From: Bacteroidales bacterium Bact_22
Lineage (GTDB): Bacteria; Bacteroidota; Bacteroidia; Bacteroidales; F082
Direction: 5' to 3'
NCBI GenBank assembly: GCA_001603665.1
Contig: LUZN01000034.1
Location: 27-64,026, forward strand
Length of the DNA: 64,000 nt
Below are positions 1 through 8,389 of the stretch, piece by piece; position 1 is the stretch's first letter, and each line of letters opens with the position of its first letter. The notes under the pieces were generated by a model. That model saw only the letters and a program-made list of their open reading frames with translations. It did no database searches and had not been told where the DNA came from. The translations under genes and the position numbers were made by a program.

Positions 1-43
1 GCATTTTACAACCCTTCTAATTGTCATTTTTAATAAATTATGT

Positions 44-51
44 TATCTTTG
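44..51 (+). promoter_or_regulatory. Bacteroidota -7 promoter box (TAnnTTTG)
   Basis: Exact TATCTTTG, 22 nt upstream of the ATG at 74, in AT-rich DNA. Confidence 0.5.
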
Positions 52-73
52 CATCGAAAATAACATATTCTTT

Positions 74-1591
74 ATGAAGTTAATTATGCAATATTTCGGA
101 TTTGTCGCTTTAATAGCTCTTATCGCTTGTAATTCATCATATGATGAAAATTATATGATTAAAACGCTTCAACAAGCTGAAAGCATTTATCAACACCCTG
201 ATGGCGAACGATTTGAGTTGAAAGAATCGGATAGTTTACAAATATTATCGGAACTTATTAATGCCTCAATGTTTTTCGCTAAAAGCAAACATTACGATCT
301 GGCAGCCAAAGCATCACTCTATTGTGGTTATGCTCAATTGGAAAAAGACGACAAAGCTTCAGCTATGGAGCTATTTAAAGATGCTGAGCGCTATGCCAAT
401 CTGTCTGGAGATTCGTTAACTATGGCACGCGCTCAGTTTAATATTGCAAGATTATTATTCTACGAAAAAACATACAACAGTTTATTGGAAATAGCAGCTT
501 CTTCAAGCAAAAACTTTGGAAGCCATTACGCCGAGCTGGCATTTCTTAACAATCTCATAGCTTCATCATATATCATGCAAAAAGATTATTCAAACGCACA
601 GTTATATCTCGACAAAGCACTCGTCAATGCTAAAGAGGGGCATTCAGCCCGAGCTACGCGAAAGGTTTTAAATAATTATTCGGTTTTTTATCGTGAACAA
701 GGGGATTATGACAAAGCCATTACAATTCTTTTACAAAACAGAAACGGCACTGACAGCACACACATGTTGATGTTTGATTTAAATCTAGGTAGCATATATC
801 TATATAACGATCAATACGATTCTGCCGCTTATTATATCAACAAGGCATTCGAGATTGCGGAAGTGCATAGAGTTAAACCCGAGACACAAGTTACCATATA
901 TTTGTACTTATACTACATTTCAAAGAAGCAGGGTAACTACCAACAATCTCTTGAGTATCATGAAACGCATGAATCTCTGCTATATCAAATAATGAAAGAA
1001 AACGAAACAAAAAACATATACCGTATCCAACAACAATACGATTATGAAGTTTTGCAAAACACTTTGAATCAAAAAATTATCAACAGGCAGCGTATTATAT
1101 TGATAATCAGTTTATTGCTTCTTTTAATATCGATAGTTGCAATTGTTTTGTTGGTACGACAAAAGAATATTCTAAAAGAAAACAAGGAGATAAGGCAGGA
1201 GTTAGACAAAACAAAAGAAGAACTGCAGAAATCGGTACGACCTGAAGTGGTGGAAGAAGAGCTATCAAGGCAGCTACATCTCATCATCACAGCGAACCAC
1301 ATAAACGAGCGTGCCAACGATTATATCAAAGAATGGGGTCCGTTAGTTTATAAAATAAACAACGAAAAAGATACTATGTTTGAGGCGGCAGTTGCAGCAA
1401 TCGAAAGGGTTTATCCCAATATGTACAGCACAATTCTGCATAAATATCCTGACCTGAACGACACCGAAGCGAAGGTGCTGCTACTTTCATGTTCAAATCT
1501 GACAAATACTGAAATCGGTTATATACTTGGCTTAAGCGTGCACTCGGTAAACAAGAGCCGGAGTGAGATTAGAAACAAAATCGTTAAATAG
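74..1591 (+). CDS. Membrane-anchored TPR-repeat / LuxR-family HTH transcriptional regulator
   Basis: 505-aa ORF. N-terminal lipoprotein-like signal (LIALIAC), TPR-like repeats, one TM helix (IILIISLLLLLISIVAIVLLV), a charged coiled-coil segment, and a C-terminal GerE/LuxR HTH (TNTEIGYILGLSVHSVNKSRSEIRNKI). Confidence 0.7.
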   Translation: MKLIMQYFGFVALIALIACNSSYDENYMIKTLQQAESIYQHPDGERFELKESDSLQILSELINASMFFAKSKHYDLAAKASLYCGYAQLEKDDKASAMELFKDAERYANLSGDSLTMARAQFNIARLLFYEKTYNSLLEIAASSSKNFGSHYAELAFLNNLIASSYIMQKDYSNAQLYLDKALVNAKEGHSARATRKVLNNYSVFYREQGDYDKAITILLQNRNGTDSTHMLMFDLNLGSIYLYNDQYDSAAYYINKAFEIAEVHRVKPETQVTIYLYLYYISKKQGNYQQSLEYHETHESLLYQIMKENETKNIYRIQQQYDYEVLQNTLNQKIINRQRIILIISLLLLLISIVAIVLLVRQKNILKENKEIRQELDKTKEELQKSVRPEVVEEELSRQLHLIITANHINERANDYIKEWGPLVYKINNEKDTMFEAAVAAIERVYPNMYSTILHKYPDLNDTEAKVLLLSCSNLTNTEIGYILGLSVHSVNKSRSEIRNKIVK

Positions 1592-2960
1592 TATATTTAA
1601 ACACTTTCCGCTGAGTAAGCAGCAAAACCAGCGCCAGCGCTGCGCCGAAGACATCGGAGATAGTGCAGGAACAGAACACTCCTTGGAGGCTGTCGAGACC
1701 CAGTCGCATGTAGATTATCGGCATCAGATACATCATCGGGATGAGGAAGATGACCTGACGCGAGAGACTGGTGACAATGGCGATCCACGGCTTGTCGATG
1801 CTCTGGAAGAAGTTGGAGTTGACGATGGTGAAGGCGATGAGTGGCGTCATCACGGTGATGTATGGCAACGCCATCTGCGAGATGTCGAGCAAAAGCTTGT
1901 CGCTGGTAAACGCCATGGATATGATGCGAGGGATGGCACAGCCGATAACAGCTGTCAAAACGCCAAGAATCACGCACACTTTCATGGTCAGCACGTAGAC
2001 GCGTTTCAGTCTGTCGGGATGTCCGGCACCGTAGTTGTAGCCCGCTATTGGCTGCATTCCCATGCACACGCCGAGGATGACCATAATCATGATGAGGATG
2101 TAGCTGTTGGCAATGCCGTAAGCACCAACCGCCATGTCACCGCCGTAACGGATGAGCTGTATATTAAGAATCGCAACCACACCGGCAGCCGCCACGTTCA
2201 TCAGGAACGGGCTCATTCCTATCATGAAGATATTCTTAAAGATATAGCCTTTAGGCTGGAATCCGTGTCGACGGAATCGGATAAACGAGTCGCGCCGCAG
2301 GAAATGAAGTCCCGCAAGGAAGGTGGCGAAGGCCATCGAGATGGTGGTAGCCCAAGCGGCACCTGCTATTCCCCACTTGAAGACGAAGATGAAAATCGCA
2401 TCGAGGGCGATGTTCAGAAGTGCACCGCTGCCGAGGATAAGCATCGATTTTGTCGGGTATCCCGAGGCCCGTATCAACGAGGTGAGATTAAACGCCATGG
2501 TAGTGAGGAACATTCCGGGCAGCACGATGACCATATATTCGTGAGCATAAGCCACGGTGTTGTCGGTGGCGCCGAATTCCATCAGGATGTCGTCGAGGAA
2601 GATATAAGAGAAAATCATCACCAAGCCACTCAAAACGATTGTGAAAATGAATGAGTTGCCAAGGATATTCTCCGCCCAGTTGACATCTTTCTTACCCAAA
2701 ACTATCGACATCCTCGCCCCTGCTCCCACGCCTATCAGAGCGCCGAAGGCATGAATGATGTTCATCACCGGCATGGTGATGGCAAGTCCGGCAATTGCTA
2801 ATGCTCCCACGCCCTGACCGATGAAGATGCGGTCACAAATATTATAAATCGACGATATTATCTGCGTCACCACTGAAGGCAAGGCGTACATAAGTAACAG
2901 AGCGCCAATGCCTTTCGTTTCCAATTCTCGTGTCCTGTCAATCTGCATTTTGCTTTTCAA
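1584..2960 (-). CDS. MATE family efflux transporter
   Basis: 458-aa polytopic membrane protein. The N-terminus GIGALLLMYALPSVVTQIISSIYNICDRIFIGQG is typical of the MATE (NorM/DinF) family. Confidence 0.8.
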   Translation of the reverse strand: MKSKMQIDRTRELETKGIGALLLMYALPSVVTQIISSIYNICDRIFIGQGVGALAIAGLAITMPVMNIIHAFGALIGVGAGARMSIVLGKKDVNWAENILGNSFIFTIVLSGLVMIFSYIFLDDILMEFGATDNTVAYAHEYMVIVLPGMFLTTMAFNLTSLIRASGYPTKSMLILGSGALLNIALDAIFIFVFKWGIAGAAWATTISMAFATFLAGLHFLRRDSFIRFRRHGFQPKGYIFKNIFMIGMSPFLMNVAAAGVVAILNIQLIRYGGDMAVGAYGIANSYILIMIMVILGVCMGMQPIAGYNYGAGHPDRLKRVYVLTMKVCVILGVLTAVIGCAIPRIISMAFTSDKLLLDISQMALPYITVMTPLIAFTIVNSNFFQSIDKPWIAIVTSLSRQVIFLIPMMYLMPIIYMRLGLDSLQGVFCSCTISDVFGAALALVLLLTQRKVFKYTI

Positions 2961-3723
2961 TATTTTTCGCTATGCTAATCCCATATTCATATAAGCCGTA
3001 GAACGGCACAAAAATCAAGAGCTGACTGATGACATCGGGCGGCGTGATGAGTGCCGAAGTCGCCAAGATGACCACGATAGCGATTTTTCTGTTTTTCTTA
3101 AGCCAATCCGACGAAATAATACCTATCGAGGCCAATAACCTTATCAAAAGTGGCAGCTGAAACACCAGTCCGGCCGCCAGACAGACGCCGAGCACCGTGC
3201 TCACGTACGAACTCACGTCGATGATGTTGTTGATGGTTTCGCTCGCTTCGTAATTTGCGAGGAAGTTGATTCCGATAGGCGCGATTACGAAGTAGCTGAA
3301 TGCCACGCCGAGGAAAAACCAAAACACTATCTTCCACACTATCAAGCGAGTACGACGTTTCGTAGCTTGCGAAAGTGCAGGTTTGATGAAGCCCCAAAGC
3401 TGTCCGATGATATATGGGAAAGCGATCACCAGCGCGCCGACAGCCGATGCTTTAATATGAAGCATAAACTGCCCGGCTATCTTGGTGTTATAAAGGTCTA
3501 AATGATTGACATTCAATGAAAAAAGTCGGTTCGTGATAAAGCCGTTTTCGGAAGGATAAAAGACAATATTGATGATATCGCCTTTGAAAAAGATGAAGAG
3601 AATAAGGAAGAGCAAAATAAAAGCTATCCCGATGTGCATCAACACTTTACGAAGCTCATCGAGATGCTCGCCGAAGGTCATCTGCACGTCTTCGGATTCA
3701 TCTTCATTCTTTCGGAATGCCAT
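2938..3723 (-). CDS. tatC: Twin-arginine translocase subunit TatC
   Basis: 261 aa. FGEHLDELRKVL start motif and six hydrophobic segments; lies directly downstream of tatA. Confidence 0.85.
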   Translation of the reverse strand: MAFRKNEDESEDVQMTFGEHLDELRKVLMHIGIAFILLFLILFIFFKGDIINIVFYPSENGFITNRLFSLNVNHLDLYNTKIAGQFMLHIKASAVGALVIAFPYIIGQLWGFIKPALSQATKRRTRLIVWKIVFWFFLGVAFSYFVIAPIGINFLANYEASETINNIIDVSSYVSTVLGVCLAAGLVFQLPLLIRLLASIGIISSDWLKKNRKIAIVVILATSALITPPDVISQLLIFVPFYGLYEYGISIAKNIEKQNAD

Positions 3724-3729
3724 TTTTGG

Positions 3730-3921
3730 CTACTTTTCCTCTGGTTTTTCTTCTTTCTTTTCGTCGCTTGGCTCGTTCATGGCATCTTTGAATTCCTTGA
3801 CGCCCTTGCCCATTCCGCGCATCAGCTCAGGAAGTTTCTTGCCACCAAACAACAACAGAATAGCGAGCACTATGAGAAGCAATTCGCCCCAACCGATTCC
3901 ACCTAAAAACAATGTCATCAT
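3730..3921 (-). CDS. tatA: Twin-arginine translocase subunit TatA/E
   Basis: 63 aa. One TM helix followed by FGGKKLPELMRGMGKGVKEFK and an acidic/lysine-rich tail. Confidence 0.85.
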   Translation of the reverse strand: MMTLFLGGIGWGELLLIVLAILLLFGGKKLPELMRGMGKGVKEFKDAMNEPSDEKKEEKPEEK

Positions 3922-3941
3922 ATTTTGAATAATTAATCTTG

Positions 3942-3949
3942 CAAAGATA
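3942..3949 (-). promoter_or_regulatory. -7 promoter box (TATCTTTG on minus strand) for tatA-tatC-MATE unit
   Basis: Exact TAnnTTTG match 20 nt upstream of the tatA ATG. Confidence 0.5.
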
Positions 3950-3991
3950 CGAATTATTTTTGAATTATCCTAATTTTTTCTTCAAAATCGA

Positions 3992-6900
3992 CTATCCGGT
4001 AATCTCTCGCAACAAATCCAAAGCGTCTTTTACCCTATCTATCACCTTGAAAATCAATATGTTTTTGCCATTTTGTTCCTTAAACTGACAACGTTTGATA
4101 TGCTCCGATGCGTAATGGATGATTTTATTGAAAGTCTCGGTTTTGAAGTATTCCGACTCCTGATCTTGAAGGAAATAGCAGGTCATGTCGCCTTTTTTCA
4201 AGACTATCTTTTCGAAGCCCAAATCGCGGCCCAGCCAACGCAGCCTGACGCTGTTCAAGAGGTCGTTTGCTTGCGGCGGAATCTCGCCGAAACGGTCGAT
4301 GAGGTTGTCGGTGAAGCGCATCAAACCTTCTTCATTTTCAATATGATCGAGCTCGTTGTACAAGCTGATACGCTCAGCCGATGAGTCGACGTATTCGTTC
4401 GGCAGAAGTATCTCCAGATCCGACTCGATGGCGCATTCGCGGACGTATTTCTTCTCTTCCTCTGGCTTCTCGAACAGGTCTTTGAACTCGTTTTCCTTGA
4501 GTTCCATGATTGCCTCGTCGAGGATTTTATGATAAGTCTCGAAGCCGATATCGTTGATGAATCCGCTCTGTTCGGCGCCAAGAAGGTTGCCTGCTCCACG
4601 GATGTCGAGGTCGCGCATTGCGATGTTGAAACCGCTGCCCAAATCAGAGAATTCTTCTAATGCACGTAATCTCTTCTGTGCCTCGTCGCTGAGCATAGCA
4701 AGCGGAGGTGTGAGAAGGTAGCAGAACGCTTTTTTATTGGAACGTCCCACCCTGCCGCGCAACTGGTGCAGGTCGCTCAGTCCATATTTGTGCGCGTCGT
4801 TGATAATGATGGTGTTGGCGTTCGGAATGTCCAGTCCCGCCTCGATAATCGTGGTGCACAGAAGCACGTCGTACTTGCCGTCGATAAAGTCGAGCATTAT
4901 CTGTTCGAGCTTGTCGCCCTCCATCTGTCCGTGACCCACAGCCACCTTCGCGCCAGGTACGCAGCTGATAATCATGTCGTAGACCTCCATGATGTTTTGG
5001 ATGCGGTTGTGCACGAAAAACACCTGTCCGTCGCGCGCGAGCTCATATTGGATGGCGTCGCGGATGACGTCGGGAGCGAATGAACGCAGCTCCGTCTCGA
5101 CAGGATATCTGTTAGGCGGCGGCGTGGTGATGATGCTCATGTCGCGGGCACCCATCATCGAAAACTGCAGCGTTCGCGGGATAGGCGTGGCGGTCAAGGT
5201 GAGGGTGTCGACGTTGGTCTTCATCTGTTTCAGCTTCTCCTTGGCGGAGACGCCGAACTTCTGCTCCTCGTCGATGATAAGAAGTCCTAAGTCTTTGAAC
5301 TCCACGTCTTTACTGATGATGCGGTGGGTGCCGATAAGTATGTCGATGCGACCGTTTTTCACGTCTTCGAGAGTTTTTTTCTGTTCTTTGGCACTCTTGA
5401 AACGGTTCATGTAGTCGATGGTGACCGGGAAGCCTTTCAAACGGCTCGAGAACGTGTGGAAATGCTGAAGCGCAAGCACTGTTGTCGGCACCAACACCGC
5501 CACCTGTTTCGAGTCGCTGACCGCCTTGAACGCCGCGCGGATGGCAACTTCCGTCTTGCCGAATCCCACGTCGCCACACACCAGACGGTCCATAGGCGAT
5601 TCCTTCTCCATATCGCGTTTCACGTCGATGGTCGCTTTCAGTTGGTCGGGAGTGTCCTCATACATGAACGACGCCTCCAATTCGGTCTGCAGGTAGGTGT
5701 CGGGCATGAACTGGAACCCCTGCGAGTTCTTACGCTCAGCGTACAGTTTAATGAGCTCGCGCGCGATGTCTTTCACTTTGCTCTTGGTGCGCGCTTTCAG
5801 TTTGTTCCAGGCATTCGAGCCGAGTTTACTCAACGATGGCTCCGCCCCGTCTTTGCTTGAATATTTCGAGATTCTATGCAGCGAATGGATGCTCACGTAA
5901 AGCAAATCTCCATTTTGATAAATCAAACGCAGCGCTTCCTGCTGTTTTCCGTTATGGTCGATGATTTCCAGACCGTCGAAACGTCCGATACCATGGTCGA
6001 TATGAGTAACGTAATCGCCAGGTTTCAAATCATATAACTCTTTGATTGTCAATGCCTGACTGCTTGCAAAACCTTCACGGAGATGGAAGCGGTGGTAACG
6101 TTCAAAGATCTGATGGTCGGTGAAACAACAGAGTTTCTGGTCGTTGTCGACAAATCCCGCCTGAATCGAATACAAAATAGGTGTGAAGTCGTGGTTAGAC
6201 TCGTCCTTCTGCTGCAAATCGTTCAAAATGCTCTGAATTCGCTCGAGCTGACGCTTGCTTTCGGAGAAGAAAAGAATGCGGTAGTCTCTGTCTTTCAACG
6301 AGTTAATGGTGCTTTGCAACATCTCGAAGTTCTTGTTGAACACAGGCTGACTGGTAATGTTGAACTCCACAATCTCCTTCCCCACCGAATCGGAATATGT
6401 CTCGAAGGCAACCGATTTAAACTCATCGAGTTGCGTCAAAAGTTCATCGCTTTGCGCGAATAAAGTCTCGGGTGATTTCAGGTTCTCATTTTCTTCGGAA
6501 GATTCGTAGGCATCGACAGCTTTTTTGTATTCGGCATCTATTCTTTCTTTCAGGAAATCGGTCTCGTCAAGCCACATAACCGTCTGATTCTGAAGATATT
6601 GGAATATCGTCTCACGTTCTTCCGAAAGGTTGTGATCCTGAAGATTCGGCAACAAAACTATGCGTTGCAGCTTCTCAATCGAGAGCTGGTCGACAGGATT
6701 GAACGAGCGAATCGACTCCACTTCGTCAAAATCAAAAACGATACGATACGGGTAGTCGTTAGCGAAAGAAAACACATCGACGATGCCGCCGCGGATGGCG
6801 AATTGACCAGGCTCAACCACGAAATCGACATGCTCGAAGTTATATTCCAGCAAGGTGTCGGTGATGAAATCCATATCGACCTTCTCGCCTACTGCAAGCT

Positions 6901-7345
6901 TTAATGTATTCTTACTCAATATCTTACGAGTGACAATCTTTTCACTTAACGCTTCAGGGTAAGAAACGATTATCGTCTTGCGTTCTGATGTCGAAACCCT
7001 TTGCAAAACCTCGGTTCGCGATAAGATATAGGTATTGTCAGGCTTCTCCGGCTCATACGGACGTTTGTACGATGTCGGATAGAACAGTATCATCTTCTTG
7101 GCGTAGTCCTGCTCACGTTCGCCGAAGATATTCTCGAGGTCGTTGTAGAAATACGCCGCGCTCTCCTTGTCGGGACATACCACAAAATGCTGTCCGCCAA
7201 GCTTCTCAAAAGCGCTTGCAACAGCAAAAGCCTTTGCCGAGCCCACTATCCCCTTGCAAAACACGCTTTTCTTATCATTAAGATAATCAACGAGTTGCGA
7301 GATTCGAACGTCGTCTTTATAATATGAAATCGGGTTTTCTTTCAC
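3992..7345 (-). CDS. mfd: Transcription-repair coupling factor Mfd
   Basis: About 1117-1130 aa. Helicase motifs GDVGFGKTEVA, DEEQKFGV and QLRGRVGRS plus a TRCF-type C-terminus. Start is uncertain. The ORF extends to an ATG at 7384, but a minus-strand TACTTTTG box at 7351-7358 favours the in-frame GTG at 7345. Confidence 0.9.
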   Translation of the reverse strand: MKENPISYYKDDVRISQLVDYLNDKKSVFCKGIVGSAKAFAVASAFEKLGGQHFVVCPDKESAAYFYNDLENIFGEREQDYAKKMILFYPTSYKRPYEPEKPDNTYILSRTEVLQRVSTSERKTIIVSYPEALSEKIVTRKILSKNTLKLAVGEKVDMDFITDTLLEYNFEHVDFVVEPGQFAIRGGIVDVFSFANDYPYRIVFDFDEVESIRSFNPVDQLSIEKLQRIVLLPNLQDHNLSEERETIFQYLQNQTVMWLDETDFLKERIDAEYKKAVDAYESSEENENLKSPETLFAQSDELLTQLDEFKSVAFETYSDSVGKEIVEFNITSQPVFNKNFEMLQSTINSLKDRDYRILFFSESKRQLERIQSILNDLQQKDESNHDFTPILYSIQAGFVDNDQKLCCFTDHQIFERYHRFHLREGFASSQALTIKELYDLKPGDYVTHIDHGIGRFDGLEIIDHNGKQQEALRLIYQNGDLLYVSIHSLHRISKYSSKDGAEPSLSKLGSNAWNKLKARTKSKVKDIARELIKLYAERKNSQGFQFMPDTYLQTELEASFMYEDTPDQLKATIDVKRDMEKESPMDRLVCGDVGFGKTEVAIRAAFKAVSDSKQVAVLVPTTVLALQHFHTFSSRLKGFPVTIDYMNRFKSAKEQKKTLEDVKNGRIDILIGTHRIISKDVEFKDLGLLIIDEEQKFGVSAKEKLKQMKTNVDTLTLTATPIPRTLQFSMMGARDMSIITTPPPNRYPVETELRSFAPDVIRDAIQYELARDGQVFFVHNRIQNIMEVYDMIISCVPGAKVAVGHGQMEGDKLEQIMLDFIDGKYDVLLCTTIIEAGLDIPNANTIIINDAHKYGLSDLHQLRGRVGRSNKKAFCYLLTPPLAMLSDEAQKRLRALEEFSDLGSGFNIAMRDLDIRGAGNLLGAEQSGFINDIGFETYHKILDEAIMELKENEFKDLFEKPEEEKKYVRECAIESDLEILLPNEYVDSSAERISLYNELDHIENEEGLMRFTDNLIDRFGEIPPQANDLLNSVRLRWLGRDLGFEKIVLKKGDMTCYFLQDQESEYFKTETFNKIIHYASEHIKRCQFKEQNGKNILIFKVIDRVKDALDLLREITG

Positions 7346-7350
7346 GATGG

Positions 7351-7358
7351 CAAAAGTA
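7351..7358 (-). promoter_or_regulatory. -7 promoter box (TACTTTTG on minus strand) for mfd
   Basis: Exact TAnnTTTG match 5 nt upstream of the in-frame GTG at 7345; it lies inside the longest mfd ORF. Confidence 0.4.
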
Positions 7359-7370
7359 CGGATTTTTTTG

Positions 7371-7378
7371 TATATTTG
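7371..7378 (+). promoter_or_regulatory. -7 promoter box (TATATTTG) for dusB
   Basis: Exact match only 4 nt upstream of the ATG at 7383, implying a leaderless or near-leaderless mRNA. Confidence 0.45.
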
Positions 7379-7382
7379 CAGC

Positions 7383-8357
7383 ATGAAAATCGCGAATTTG
7401 GAATTTGAGCATTATCCGTTACTTTTGGCACCGATGGAAGGCGTCACCGACCCGCCGTTTAGGCATGTTTGCAAGATGTACGGCGCCGACATCGTCTATT
7501 CAGAGTTCATCTCGTCGGATGGACTGATTCGCGATGCAGTCAAGAGTATCAACAAGTTACGTTATACTGAAAGCGAGCAGCCGTTTGGAGTGCAAATCTT
7601 CGGAAATGCCGTTCAGCCCATGGTTGAGGCAGCGCAATATGCCGAAAGATATAATCCCGACATAATCGACATCAACTTCGGATGCCCTGTGAAAAAAGTG
7701 GCATCGAAAGGCGCAGGTTCTGGCATCATGAACGACATCCCGAAGATGGTTGCTATTACTGAAGCGGTGGTGAAAGCAGTGAAAACACCCGTCACGGTGA
7801 AGACACGATTGGGCTACGACAGCGAGCATAAAGACATCGTTGAAATCGCCGAGAGACTTCAAGACGTTGGCATTCAGGCGCTTACCATCCACGGACGACT
7901 CCGTACCACCAAATGGGGCGAGCCGGCCGACTGGAGGCTCATCGGAGCAGTGAAAAACAACCCTCGCATGACGATTCCTATCATCGGCAACGGCGACGTG
8001 GTAGACGGCAAATCAGCGAAACATTTCAAGGATACCTTTGGCGTAGACGGCCTCATGATTGGTCGCGCAACCTACGGAAACCCTTGGATTTTCAAGGAAA
8101 TTCACGATTATCTCGAAAAAGGAATCGAAGATGAGAAACCTTCAGTCGAAGAGCGTGTAAAAGTCGCAAAAATGCATCTCAACGATTCGTTAAATTATAA
8201 AGACGAACACTACGCCGTCATCGAGATGCGCAAGCATTGGGGCTTGTATTTCAAGGGATTCCCTAACTTCAAGCAATTCAAAATGAAACTGATGGAAGTG
8301 ATGTCGGTGGCTGAAGTCATTGAAATTTTAGATAAAATAGAGGCTTTTTACAAGTAA
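7383..8357 (+). CDS. dusB: tRNA-dihydrouridine synthase
   Basis: LAPMEGVTDPPFR, INFGCP and TIHGR motifs. The start is set at MKIANLEF because the promoter box lies inside the longer ORF (7347). Confidence 0.9.
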   Translation: MKIANLEFEHYPLLLAPMEGVTDPPFRHVCKMYGADIVYSEFISSDGLIRDAVKSINKLRYTESEQPFGVQIFGNAVQPMVEAAQYAERYNPDIIDINFGCPVKKVASKGAGSGIMNDIPKMVAITEAVVKAVKTPVTVKTRLGYDSEHKDIVEIAERLQDVGIQALTIHGRLRTTKWGEPADWRLIGAVKNNPRMTIPIIGNGDVVDGKSAKHFKDTFGVDGLMIGRATYGNPWIFKEIHDYLEKGIEDEKPSVEERVKVAKMHLNDSLNYKDEHYAVIEMRKHWGLYFKGFPNFKQFKMKLMEVMSVAEVIEILDKIEAFYK

Positions 8358-8362
8358 ATTTG

Positions 8363-8370
8363 TATATTTG
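8363..8370 (+). promoter_or_regulatory. -7 promoter box (TATATTTG) for C10 peptidase gene
   Basis: Exact match 19 nt upstream of the ATG at 8390. Confidence 0.5.
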
Positions 8371-8389
8371 CATATCAAAAATTAAGCGT

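Noticed and set aside
43-56. Identical 14-mer TTATCTTTGCATCG at 43-56 and 16472-16485
   Set aside because: It is just the extended Bacteroidota promoter consensus (TAnnTTTG followed by C); it is not evidence of a repeat element or shared operator.
1563-2654. 363-aa ORF on the plus strand, rich in His/Asp/Arg/Glu
   Set aside because: It lies entirely antisense to the well-supported MATE transporter gene. Its composition (H/D/R/E-rich, no hydrophobic core or motifs) is typical of a shadow ORF on the complement of a coding region.
7347-7382. N-terminal extensions offered by the ORF track (7347 dusB, 8360 C10, 21109 waaA, 30201 lipoprotein, 32855 EEP, 40485 M20, 40516 manA, 42049 barrel, 55446 hlyD, 57107 araC, 39401 LOG, 26051 pyrC)
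   Set aside because: In each case the extension either starts at a non-ATG codon or contains the predicted TAnnTTTG promoter box or repeat element. In each case an internal ATG gives a proper signal peptide or conserved N-terminus, or resolves an overlap with the upstream gene, so the shorter starts are used.
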